Assembly (NCBI GenBank): GCA_963802265.1
Contig: CAWDIC010000006.1
Coordinates: 11,889 to 75,888 of the forward strand
Length of the DNA: 64,000 nucleotides
Source: an uncultured delta proteobacterium
Lineage (GTDB): Bacteria; Desulfobacterota; Desulfobacteria; Desulfobacterales; CAWDIC01
Reading direction: 5' to 3'
A program made the position numbers and the translations under genes. Position 1 is the stretch's first letter, and each line of letters begins with the position of its first letter. The notes under the pieces are model-generated. The model saw nothing but the letters and a program-made list of their open reading frames with translations. It was not told the origin of the DNA and did no database searches. Shown in pieces: positions 9,431 to 19,348 of the stretch.

Positions 9431-9531
9431 ATAAATTGTTTGCCAGTAGCATCCCGTCATCCGCCGGGCTGATACGGTACCCGATGGTTAATCCGCCTGA
9501 GGCGGGACTCTGCCAACTGAGCTACTGGGGA
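9431..9531 (-). repeat. tRNA-Asn-derived tandem unit A (pseudo-tRNA / leader element)
   Basis: Near-identical to unit B. The hairpin loop reads TCA instead of TTA, and there are two 1-nt length differences in C/G runs plus a TA insertion. Confidence 0.85.
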
Positions 9532-9808
9532 ATAATTAAAGACAAAATTCCTAATAGAGGGGCTGGAAAATGTCAAGATAAATCTGATGGCCGAGCAAAA
9601 ATTATGGTGATGCCCTTGCGCGACCGCTCAAGACCTGAACGATCAGACGGGCAGTGAAAAAAAATGAAAAAATGCTTGATATTGAAATTTATTTTCTGTA
9701 AAAAAGGGCAACATGTAAAGTGGGGCCATAAAATGAATATCGTTCATTAAATGCTTTGTGGTTTAGCGCTTGCGACATATCACCAAGCAAAAAAGGAGGT
9801 CTTTGAAG

Positions 9809-10192
9809 ATGAACCAACGCATGATGCTCTTTATGAATTTATTTTTGATTGTTGCTTTGAGTTTGACAACGCTCAGCTGTGGAAACAGCAGTGCTGGTGG
9901 AAACAAGTTGGCGGACCTATCAGGCGTCTGGAAAGGCAAGGAGTGTGACTGTGAGATCGTTATTGATTTGGCGAACGAGACCAAATCCATGACAATCGAA
10001 GATCAAAAACTGGCGGTATCGGTCAAAGAGTTTGTTGACGACAAAATTTCCTTGAACGTCGATGACGGTAGTGGCAAAATCGATGAATGGAAGCTCTTCC
10101 GGGTATGGGACGACAATGGGTCGACGTTTTCGCTGGCTTTAATTCGCAATGGAAAAAGGGAAAAGCTGTCTTTAGTTAAAAAATTATCATAG
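9809..10192 (+). CDS. Small lipoprotein, function unknown
   Basis: ATG 9809 is preceded by AAGGAGG. Signal peptide with lipobox (LSLTTLSCGNS). About 127 aa with no recognisable domain. Confidence 0.6.
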   Translation: MNQRMMLFMNLFLIVALSLTTLSCGNSSAGGNKLADLSGVWKGKECDCEIVIDLANETKSMTIEDQKLAVSVKEFVDDKISLNVDDGSGKIDEWKLFRVWDDNGSTFSLALIRNGKREKLSLVKKLS

Positions 10193-10302
10193 CCTTCACG
10201 GCGACAGTGCGCAACCATCGATTTATATTCTTCTGATAGTGGTGCTGCGGGTCGTCGGAAACCTTGATTGATACATTGGAGTGGCAACCGCGGTAATTTG
10301 TG

Positions 10303-10331
10303 GCAGGGCCTTGCTGGCCCTGCTTTTTTTT
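10303..10331 (+). terminator. Rho-independent terminator
   Basis: GCAGGGCC-TTGCT-GGCCCTGC followed by T8. Confidence 0.7.
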
Positions 10332-10460
10332 GTCCCACAGCTGCAGGAATCGAGCGGAAGTGCCATTTAGGTTGAACCCCAATGGCTTTTGGGTATAGGA
10401 TAAAGATCTATTTCAATTGCTCCGCTTTGCCGGTGGTGGTCGACTTTCAAAGGTTAAACC

Positions 10461-10896
10461 ATGGACGCTTTGTTAATCAATTTTCCTGTCGTCATCGAAC
10501 TTCCCCTTGCCTGGGGGGAGATGGATGCGTTTCAGCATGTCAACAACGTGGCGTATTTTCGTTATTTTGAAAGTGCCCGCATCGCTTATTTTAGCAAGTT
10601 GGATCTGCTCATGTTAATGAACCAGACCGGCATCGGACCGATTCTCAAATCGACTGGTTGCACATTATAAGATTCCATTGACCTACCCGGACACGATTTC
10701 TGTGGGGGCCCGGATTTCCGAAGTATACGAAGATCGCTTTGTGATGAATTACCGCGTGATAAGCCACAAGCATCAAAAGATCGCGGCCGAGGGTGAGGGC
10801 GAGTTGGTAACCTTTGATTACAAGGCGAACCATAAAGTAAAGATGCCGCAGCAATTGCGCGAACGGATCGGCGCTATCGAAAATGGAAGATTATGA
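10461..10896 (+). CDS. 4HBT/YbgC-type acyl-CoA thioesterase; one frame break
   Basis: Pieces 10461-10670 and 10678-10896, with the hotdog motif EMDAFQHVNNVAYFRYFE. The TAA at 10668 disappears if one T at 10665/10666 is removed, giving ...GCTYKIPLTYPDT.... Confidence 0.75.
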
Positions 10897-12028
10897 TTTC
10901 AACACCATTGTGAATCGCAAGGAAAGCGCGAGTCTGAAATGGGAACGCTACAAAGGACGGGATATTCTACCTTTTGGGTGGCGGATATGGATTTCAAATC
11001 GCCACCAGCGGTAATTGATGCGCTGAGTCAGCGGGTATCACACGGTATCTTCGGTTATACCATCCCCAGCGACGAATTGATTGAGGTGTTACGGGCACGG
11101 CTACAAGCTGACTTCGACTGGATCATTGATGCTGACTGGCTTGTTTGGCTGCCGGGCCTGGTAACCGGTCTGAATGTCAGTTGTCGTGCCGTGGGTGATG
11201 ACGGCGATGATGTTCTAACGGCCATTCCGGTGTATCCGCCTTTTTTGTCGGCGCCTGCGAACTCGCGACGCAACTTAAAAACGGTTGCCCTGACCTATAC
11301 CGATAACCGATGGCTCTATGATTTTGACCGTTTTGAAAAAGCGATTACCCCGCGGGCGCGCCTGTTTATGCTATGCAATCCACATAACCCGGTGGGACGT
11401 GTTTTCACCCGCGCCGAACTGGAACGTTTGGCGACAATTTGTGAACAGCGCGATATGGTGATTTGTTCAGATGAGATCCATTGTGATTTGGTACTGGACA
11501 GCGATAAACGGCACCTTCCGCTTGCAACCCTCGATCCATCGATTGCCAAGCGAACGATTACGCTGATGGCTCCCAGTAAGACCTATAACCTACCTGGACT
11601 GGGTTGTTCGTATGCGATTATTCCGGATGATAAATTGAGGCGCCGTTTTCAGCGAGCGATGGCCGGTATCGTACCGGGTGTTAATCTAATGGGATTTAGT
11701 GCCGACTTTGGCCGCCTTGCAAGACGATCGCCGCTGGTTGAAGGCCTTGCTGCATTATTTACGTCAGAATCGGGCGCTGGTCTCCGAAGCCGTCGAACAA
11801 CTGCCTGGATTTATTATGAATCAGGTGGAAGCAACCTATCTGGCGTGGATCGATACGCAAGCCAGCGGCATTCAAGACCCGGTTTCTTTTTTTGAAAAAG
11901 CCGGCGTCGGTCTGGCTGAGGGGAGTGCCTTCGGCGATGCACGTTTTGTACGGCTCAATTTTGGTTGTCCCCGTAAAACCCTGACAACCGCCCTGCAGCG
12001 AATGGTGGGCGCATTTACAAACAAGTAA
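10883..12028 (+). CDS. Class I/II aminotransferase, MalY/PatB-type C-S lyase; frame broken at least twice
   Basis: MEDYDFNTIVNRKESASLKWERYKGRDILPF (ATG 10883) joins WVADMDFKSPP if the T-run at 10972-10975 gains one T. The PLP-lysine block is APSKTYNLPGLG. The C-terminal piece is 11699-12028. Confidence 0.8.
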
Positions 12029-12072
12029 GGCTGCTGGCTGCGGAGTAGGGTCGCCGCAAAAGTGCTTGGTTC

Positions 12073-12101
12073 TTGACATCCGATCGGGATTGGCTTAAAA
12101 A
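12073..12101 (+). promoter_or_regulatory. Candidate sigma70 promoter for the GerMN / EF-G unit
   Basis: TTGACA (12073-12078), a 17-nt spacer, then TAAAAA (12096-12101). Supported by sequence match only. Confidence 0.3.
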
Positions 12102-12201
12102 AGCAAATCTTCGCGCAGGGCCATCCAAAATACTGCTGCAGCGAAGGCCCCCGGGCGATGGCGCTGCGTGTTTAGCCCGACATAAAAGGGAAGTGACAAA
12201 G

Positions 12202-12774
12202 ATGCGCGGGAAACATTATATTCTGAGCATCGCGCTAGTCTGCTGTCATTATCGGTGCCATCATAATGATGGTAACCGATCAGTCGAGACAACGCGCAAC
12301 GGACGATGGCCCGCGATCAAACCAGCGAGCCATTGTGGAACAGCCGTTTGAAAAGACGACCGCGCACCTGTACTTTGCCGACAAAGACAACAATTACCTG
12401 ATTGCGGAACAACGGGCCTTGCCGCATTCGGACGATCCGCTGGCTTTCGGACGTTCTCTGGTGGAAGCCCTGATCGAAGGACCTCAAAAGGGGTTGATGC
12501 GCACGCTTCCCGAGGCAACTGAAATTCGAGCGCTTTTTATGGTCGCCGAACGAAACCCTGTGCATCGATCTGACGGAAACGATCAGGGAAACCCATCCCG
12601 GTGGCAGTCAAACTGAATTGTTGACGATTTATTCGCTTGTCAACACGCTCGTTTTGAATCTACCCGACGATCGATCGGGCCAAAATCCTGATCGGAGGTC
12701 GCGAGACCACGACCTTGGCCGGTCATATTGATTTACAGTTTCCGTTTAATGCCAATATGCTCTTAATCCGATGA
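12202..12774 (+). CDS. GerMN domain protein; at least two frame breaks
   Basis: Blocks [43 protein letters not shown] and, downstream, [24 protein letters not shown]. The stop overlaps the EF-G start (ATGA at 12771-12774). Confidence 0.65.
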
Positions 12775-14801
12775 AAAAATATAAAATCAACAATATTCGC
12801 AATATCGGTATTATCGCTCACATCGATGCGGGTAAAACCACGGTAACGGAGCGCATTCTCTACTATACCGGTCGTTCGCACAAAATCGGTGAGGTGCATG
12901 ACGGTGAAGCGGTCATGGACTGGATGCCCGACGAACAGGAACGGGGAATTACGATTACTTCGGCAGTTACCACGTGCGAATGGGACAACAATCAAATTCA
13001 GATAATCGATACCCCGGGGCACGTTGATTTCACCATCGAAGTGGAGCGATCTTTGCGAGTTTTGGACGGCGCCATCGGTGTTTTTTGCGCGGTGGGCGGG
13101 GTGGAACCCCAATCCGAAACGGTCTGGCATCAAGCCGATAAATACAAGGTGCCCAAGATGGCCTTTGTCAACAAATTGGATCGGATCGGGGCCGATTTTT
13201 TCAATACGGTTGCGATGATGCAGTCACGCCTGAATGCCAACCCGCTGGTATTGCAGCTCCCCCTGGGAACCGAGGACGAATTCGTGGGCATTATCGATTT
13301 GTTGAAGATGCAGCAAATCCGGTGGGATGACGACACCCTGGGGGCGACTTACACCGTTGAAGAGATCGATGCGGACCAGCGCAACCTGGCTGAGCGCTAT
13401 CGCGAAAAATTGGTCGAAACCGTGGCTGAGCTCGACGATGACTATCATGGAAGCGTATCTGTCTGAAACGCCGATCGATCTGGATCAGCTGAAAAAGGCG
13501 ATCCGGCGTGCAACTATCGAACTTGAAGTGGTGCCGGTGCTGTGCGGTTCAGCCCTGAAAAACAAGGGGATTCAACCTTTGCTGGATGCCATCGGGGCCT
13601 ATTTACCCAGCCCGGCTGAGGTTCATGCCATTGAAGGGATCGATCCGGAAACCGGAACGGTCATTAAATGCAGTGCCAAAGATAGCGCACCGCTGGCGGC
13701 CCTTATCTTCAAGGTTTCCATGGTTGAAGGGCGCAAGCTTTCCTATGTCAGGGTTTATAGCGGCCGGCTCACGGCCGGTAACGAAGTCTACAACCCGGCC
13801 TTCGGAAAAAAGAGAAACTGGCCCGGATCCTCAGAATGCACGCCAACAAGCGCGACCGCATTGATGCGGCCGGTGCCGGCAGTATTGTGGGCGTTATCGG
13901 CCTGAAGGACTCCTCGACCGGTGATACCCTGTGTACCAAGGAAGAACCGGTCCTGCTGGAAAAGATCGAGTTTTACGAGCCCGTAATTTCCGTTGCCGTT
14001 GAACCCAAAACGATTTCGGATCAAGACAAGCTGGAACAGGTGCTGGCCAAGTTTATGGCCGAAGACCCGACGTTGAATGTCAGAAAAGATGAAGACACCG
14101 GTCAGACGATTTTGTCCGGCATGGGTGAACTGCACCTGGAAGTGATCATTAGCCGCATGCAGCGTGAATTCAACACCCGCGTCAACGTCGGAAAACCGCA
14201 GGTCGTCTATCGCGAGACGATCGAAACGGTGGCCGAGGCCGACGCGGTCTTCGACAAGGAAGTGGCAGGGCAGCGCCACTTCGGGAATGTCCGTTTGCGC
14301 TTGACGCCCAGGGACCGGGGCAGCGGAAACCGCTTTCGTGCCAAAGTCAGTGAAGAGATGATCCCCAGCCAGTTCGTTCCCGCCGTTGAAAAAGGTGTCA
14401 TGGAAGCACTTGAAAGCGGCGCGCTCACCGGCTATCCGGTAATCGATGTCGAAGCGGTCCTGATCGATGGATCGTATAAAGACAACCTGGGATCGGAGTT
14501 GGCCTATACCGTAAGTGCTTCAATGGCCTGTAAGGCAGCCTTATCAAAAGGGGGGCCGTTTCTGCTTGATCCGATTATGAAAGTCGAGGTTTTGGTGCCG
14601 GAGGATTTCATGGGTGACGTGATCGGGGATTTGAACACCCGCAGCGGTAAAATCGAATCCATCGAAGCCAAGCTGGGTATTCAGGAAATCCGGGCCACGG
14701 TTCCCCTGGCCCGCATGTTCGGCTACTCCACCGCCTTGCGGTCCGCGACCCAGGGGCGGGGGACCTTCACAATGCAGTTCTCACACTTCGACCGCAGCTA
14801 A
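12771..14801 (+). CDS. fusA: Elongation factor G (paralog outside the str operon); two frame breaks
   Basis: G1 motif AHIDAGKTT and G3 motif DTPGHVDF. Pieces 12771-13466, 13327-13905 and 13836-14801 are colinear with EF-G domains I-V. Confidence 0.9.
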
Positions 14802-14825
14802 CCTTCAAATTTTTACGACGGTATT

Positions 14826-16298
14826 TTATTCGGATGTGGATTTGGACGGATTCGGGTTCGGCATTTTCTTGAGTTTGCTTAAAATATCCTCAATTTCTTG
14901 CTTTTTACGCACGTCCTGGATGTCTTTGGAAGCCCGGGTAAGATGAAAGATCGCATTTTTGCGTTCGCCTTTGTGCAGGTAATATAACCCGAGGTTATAA
15001 TGGGCCAAGGGGATTTCACCGAGTTTACCGTAGGTTTCACCTAAAAAATAGAAGGCCTGGGTGTAGTTGCGCGATTTTTTGATCAAGGCTTCCAAACCGG
15101 TTGCCGCCTCTTGGAACTGGCCCTGCTCCATCTGGGTTCGGGCCAGGTAAAAAAGGCCGTCCGGATCATCGGGCGCGAGGCTGACGGCCCCTTTGAGGGC
15201 GCCCAAGGCCTCGTCAAAGCGACCGTCTAAGTAGTATATACGACCGATTTCTTTGAGTAAATCCGGATCTAAAGCGTTTTTTTGCAAAGCGATCTTAAGG
15301 TGGGTGATCGCCTCTTTGTGGCGTCCGGCGCGGGCGAGCACGAGTCCGTAGCCGTAGTGGTTCATGGGGTCGGTCGGCGCTTGCGCGACCGCAGCGGCAA
15401 AAAGTCTGAGACCCGGTATCCTCGTCGCCGTAGAGGGCCTGAAGGCGGGTGTGGGCCTTTTTAAATCGATCCGGGTTCGGTCGCGGCTTGGAAACCGCTG
15501 TTTTCGTGGGCGGCTGGCCGGCAATCCAGGCATCGATATAGATGATGCGGTCTTCGGTCCCCGGGTGGGTGGACAGGTAAGTCGGCATTTGATTGGAATC
15601 GAACCACTGCTTGGTACGCATTTTTTTCAGCATGGTCAACAGGCCTTCGCCCGTATACCCCGCCTGGGTTAAATAAAGAAGCCCCAACTGGTCGGCTTGG
15701 ACTTCGTTGGCGCGGCTAAAGGATAAGGCGAGGGATTGACCGGCAGCCATGGTTCCCATTGTAACGGCATTGGCAGCGGCGGCCGAACCGCCCACCCCGA
15801 GAAAAACACCGGCCACCAAGCCCGCCAGGGCAGCGTAGCTGAGTTTTTTGGAGTGTTCGATGTTTTGAGACACATGTCGGGCGGCGGCATGGGCAATTTC
15901 GTGCGATAGAATCCCGGCCAATTCCTCTTCGCTTTCCATGGCAGCGAACAAGCCGCTGTTGATGAAGATCTTACCGGCGGGGCTTGCAAATGCGTTGTAG
16001 ACCTCGCTTTCGATTACGTAAAAGTTGTATTTGAAGGGCTGGGGCGGAAAATAAGTTCAGCAGGTTTTGGCCGACCGACTCAACATAAGCCGGCGATCAC
16101 CGGATCCTTGATAACTTTGTAATACTGGTTCACGACCTTCATAAATTCACGTGACAGATCCTCTTCTTCCTGCACGGTAATCCCGGCCGCCTGCCAGGGA
16201 AAGCAGACGGTCAGCGAGAGGAAGACCATGAACGCCACCCACCACGGGCGGCGATTGGATCTGCACAACGCATTGTCTAAATTGGGCCGCAAGGCCAT
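14826..16298 (-). CDS. M48 zinc metalloprotease with C-terminal TPR repeats (BepA/YfgC-like); several frame breaks
   Basis: [10 protein letters not shown] (HExxH) motif. Pieces include 16080-16298 (signal/TM N-terminus), 15295-15951 (protease core) and 14826-15533 (TPR region). Confidence 0.8.
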
Positions 16299-16345
16299 GC
16301 CTATATCCTTTTCAAACGTCCTATTTTATGTTAGCGTCGCCCATT

Positions 16346-17110
16346 ATGGCACAAATTATTTGCATAGCCAACCAGAAAGGCGGTGTGGGCAAAACGACAA
16401 CAGCGGTCAATTTGGCGGCTGCCTTGGCGGTCGCCGAAAAACGGACCCTTTTGGTCGATTGTGACCCCCAGGCCAATGCCACCACCGGTATTGGAATCGA
16501 TAAAGCCAGCCTCGTTAAAACCCTTTATCACGGAATGATTGGTCAGGCGGATGCGCAAAGCCTGATCGTGGACACTGAAATTGAAATGCTCAAGGCTATT
16601 CCGGCGCAGGGTCGAACTCATCGGCTTCGATATAGAGATGCTGTCCCAACCGGATCGGGAAAAGGCCTTGAAGCGCCTGATGGATCCTTTAACCAGTTAT
16701 TATGATTATATTATCATCGACTGTCCACCCTCGTTGAGCTTGTTGACCGTCAATGCCATGACGGCCGCCAATGCAATCCTGATTCCATTACAATGCGAAT
16801 TTTATGCGCTGGAAGGGCTCAGTCAGCTTTTGCAGACAGTCAAACGAATTCGGCAAGGTCTCAACCCCACCTTGGAGATTGCGGGGATCCTTTTGACCAT
16901 GTTCGACAAACGAACCAATTTGTCATACCAGGTGGCTGAAGATGCGGAAAATCATTTTAAGGCCTGGTCTTCAAGACCATGGTGCCCCGTAATGTTCGTC
17001 TGGGAGAAGCCCCGAGCTTCGGGAAACCGATCTTACTGTATGACGCCACGTCCATAGGCGCTCGAAGCTACCTGGCTTTGGCAAGCGAAATCATCAACGG
17101 CAGCAAATGA
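16346..17110 (+). CDS. parA: ParA/Soj chromosome-partitioning ATPase; two frame breaks
   Basis: [18 protein letters not shown] (deviant Walker A). Pieces 16328-16705 and 16581-17057, plus a tail ...[24 protein letters not shown] ending at TGA 17108-17110. Confidence 0.9.
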
Positions 17111-17211
17111 CCTGCCAACGGTTTTTGAGATAGTAATTAATCTGGCGCCGAGCATAACCAAGGCCCGCTGCCCAGGGGGATGGGCACCACTGAGGTAATT
17201 GAAGGCAATCC

Positions 17212-18114
17212 ATGCAAAAACAAAAGACAAAAAAGAAGGCGGCTCCCCGGCCGCGGGCAAGGAAAAAAAGAGCTTTGGGGATGGGGCTGGATGCTTTAAT
17301 CCCGGACATTGCGACCAGCAATAGGCCAACAACCGATTTTTTTGAATGCGCCATTGAACTGATTCAGCCCAATCCTTTTCAGCCGCGTATGCGCTTCTCT
17401 TCAGAGGAATTGGCCGAACTGGCCGAATCGATCAGAACGCAGGGCGTCATACAGCCGCTGGTCGTCCGCAAAACAGACACCGGGTATGAGTTGATTACTG
17501 GGGAAAGGCGGCTGCGGGCATCGAAAATGGCAGGACTTGATCAGGTGCCGGTTGTGGTCAAGACTGTTTCGGATACGCAGATGCTGGAGATGTCGATTGT
17601 TGAAAATATCCAGCGGCAAAATTTAAACCCGATCGAAGAGGCCGAAGCGTATCACCGTTTGGTGACGGAATTTAATCTAACCCAGGATCAGGCTGCGCGA
17701 CGGGTTGGCAAAAGCCGCCCGGCGGTCGCCAACTTTTTAAGGTTACGTCAGTTGCCGGAACAGATAAAGGCCAGCCTCTTGGATCGTACCTTGAGCATGG
17801 GGCACGCCCGGGCCCTGCTGGGGACTGAAAATTCGGCCCAACAGCTGGCCGTGTGGCAGGCTGTTAAGGCCCGTGAGTTGTCGGTACGCGACACGGAAAA
17901 ACTGGTCAGACGGCTTAAAAAGGCTGGCCGGAAACCACCGGCACCTTCCAGGGATTCCGAACAGACCTATTTCGCAAGCCTGGCCGATGACCTATCGCGC
18001 CGTTTTGGAACCAAAGTCCAAATTCGACGTCGCGGTCAAAAAGGCAAGGTTGAAATCGCGTTTTACAACGATGACGATTTAGATCGCCTATTAAACCTCT
18101 TGACCGCGGGATAG
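17212..18114 (+). CDS. parB: ParB/Spo0J partition protein
   Basis: Intact 300 aa with the ParB box ITGERRLRASKMAGL, an HTH region and a C-terminal dimerisation tail. It follows parA. Confidence 0.9.
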   Translation: MQKQKTKKKAAPRPRARKKRALGMGLDALIPDIATSNRPTTDFFECAIELIQPNPFQPRMRFSSEELAELAESIRTQGVIQPLVVRKTDTGYELITGERRLRASKMAGLDQVPVVVKTVSDTQMLEMSIVENIQRQNLNPIEEAEAYHRLVTEFNLTQDQAARRVGKSRPAVANFLRLRQLPEQIKASLLDRTLSMGHARALLGTENSAQQLAVWQAVKARELSVRDTEKLVRRLKKAGRKPPAPSRDSEQTYFASLADDLSRRFGTKVQIRRRGQKGKVEIAFYNDDDLDRLLNLLTAG

Positions 18115-18140
18115 GTACTCACCAGTACTGACGCATGCCC

Positions 18141-18662
18141 ATGCATATCATTATCGACGGGTATAATCTCATCCGACAGTCGGCAACCTTGAGCCGTCTC
18201 GATTTAGAGGATCATGCAATCGGGCCGGGAAGCCCTGATCGATACCCTGGCGGAATATAAGCGGATAAAGCGCCATCGAATTACCGTGGTCTTTGACGGC
18301 GCCGGTGCGCCCTACGGTTCGCCTCGCCGGGAGTCGATCAAAGGCATCGCCGTCAGGTATTCGCTCCCAGGGCGAATCGGCGGATGCCGTTATAAAACGG
18401 ATGGCGGCCCGGGAACGACGGGCAAGCCTTGATTGTCTCCTCAGACCGGGATATCATGACCTATGCGGAATTAAAGGGTGCGGCGACCATCGGTTCACCA
18501 GCGTTTGAAGAAAAACTGACTTTGGCGGCCTACCTGGCGATCAAGGGGAGCGATGCCGAAGCAGAGCATAGCGGCTGGCAACCAACAACGCGCAAGAAAG
18601 GACCCCAGCACAGACGTTCGAAAAAGGAACGTCGCCGCCGCATCAAGACCAACCAGCTTTAA
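18141..18662 (+). CDS. YacP-like NYN-domain protein; frame broken about three times
   Basis: Blocks MHIIIDGYNLIRQ (ATG 18141), ITVVFDGAG and VSSDRDI, then a Lys/Arg-rich tail. Pieces 18214-18432, 18293-18508 and 18429-18662. Confidence 0.65.
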
Positions 18663-18698
18663 TACGACGTGCGAGAAGATTAGCGAGGCTTTTGAAAG

Positions 18699-19124
18699 AT
18701 GAAACGAATTTGTGTAATCGATGGGCAGGGAGGCGGTATCGGGAGCGTCATCATCAAGCAATTGCGCGAGACATTTGATGCAACGATTGAGATTGTGGCC
18801 CTGGGCACCAATGCCATTGCGACAGCACAAATGCTGAAGGCCCGGGCCAACCGCGGAGCGTCCGGTAGCAACGCCATTATTCAGACCGTCAAACAAGTCG
18901 ATGTGATTATTGGCCCCATCGGCATCATCATGGCGCATGCCATGATGGGTGAGGTGACACCCGCCATCGCCGAGGCTGTCAGCAGCAGTCCGGCTAAAAA
19001 GATTCTGATTCCGCTTTCAAGGGAAAATATTGAAATCGTAGGAACGATCCCGACACCGCTGCCGCGGCTCATTGAGACCATGATCCAGGAAAATCTACAA
19101 CCTATTATTAAATCAGATAGCTAA
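18699..19124 (+). CDS. DUF3842 family protein
   Basis: Intact 141 aa. The pattern VIDGQGGGIGS ... ALGTNAIAT ... IIGPIGII ... SPAKKILIPL matches DUF3842 as I remember it. This is a family call from memory. Confidence 0.6.
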   Translation: MKRICVIDGQGGGIGSVIIKQLRETFDATIEIVALGTNAIATAQMLKARANRGASGSNAIIQTVKQVDVIIGPIGIIMAHAMMGEVTPAIAEAVSSSPAKKILIPLSRENIEIVGTIPTPLPRLIETMIQENLQPIIKSDS

Positions 19125-19135
19125 GGACAAATCAG

Positions 19136-19321
19136 ATGTGTGAAGCCAATGCGTACCTAATTGAAGATGATCAGGAAAAGCTGATCATGGAGTCGGTTGA
19201 TACAGTGGAACCGGAAGGTGATGAGATGAAGCTGGTCAACATCTTCGGCGAACAGAAGTTCGTAAAAGCCAACATTTACGCCCTTTCGCTGAACGACCAT
19301 AAAATTTTCCTGAAAAAATAA
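19136..19321 (+). CDS. CooT-family (nickel-binding) small protein
   Basis: Intact 61 aa starting MCEANAYL. Cys2 at the N-terminus and a size near 60 aa are the hallmarks of the CooT family. Confidence 0.65.
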   Translation: MCEANAYLIEDDQEKLIMESVDTVEPEGDEMKLVNIFGEQKFVKANIYALSLNDHKIFLKK

Positions 19322-19348
19322 AATCGCCCGGCGGTTTATATACAGGAA

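Noticed and set aside
9333-9531. The tRNA-derived units might be selenocysteine or nonsense-suppressor tRNAs. Their hairpin loops read TCA and TTA, and an 8-bp acceptor-like pairing CCAGTAGC/GCTACTGG exists.
   Set aside because: The triplets sit in 3-nt loops closed by 5-7 GC pairs, not in a 7-nt anticodon loop with U33. There is no T arm (no GTTCRA) and no CCA or discriminator context, and the D-stem register is incompatible with the 8-bp pairing. I could not draw a tRNA-Sec or suppressor cloverleaf.
9257-9531. The region might be a CRISPR array, or an integrated mobile element with att scars at tRNA-Asn.
   Set aside because: There are only two ~100-nt units and no spacer/repeat alternation, so this is not CRISPR. 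No integrase, excisionase or phage gene lies within 10 kb on either side. The duplicated part is the tRNA 5' half plus an internal substitution, not the 3'-end duplication typical of integrase att sites.
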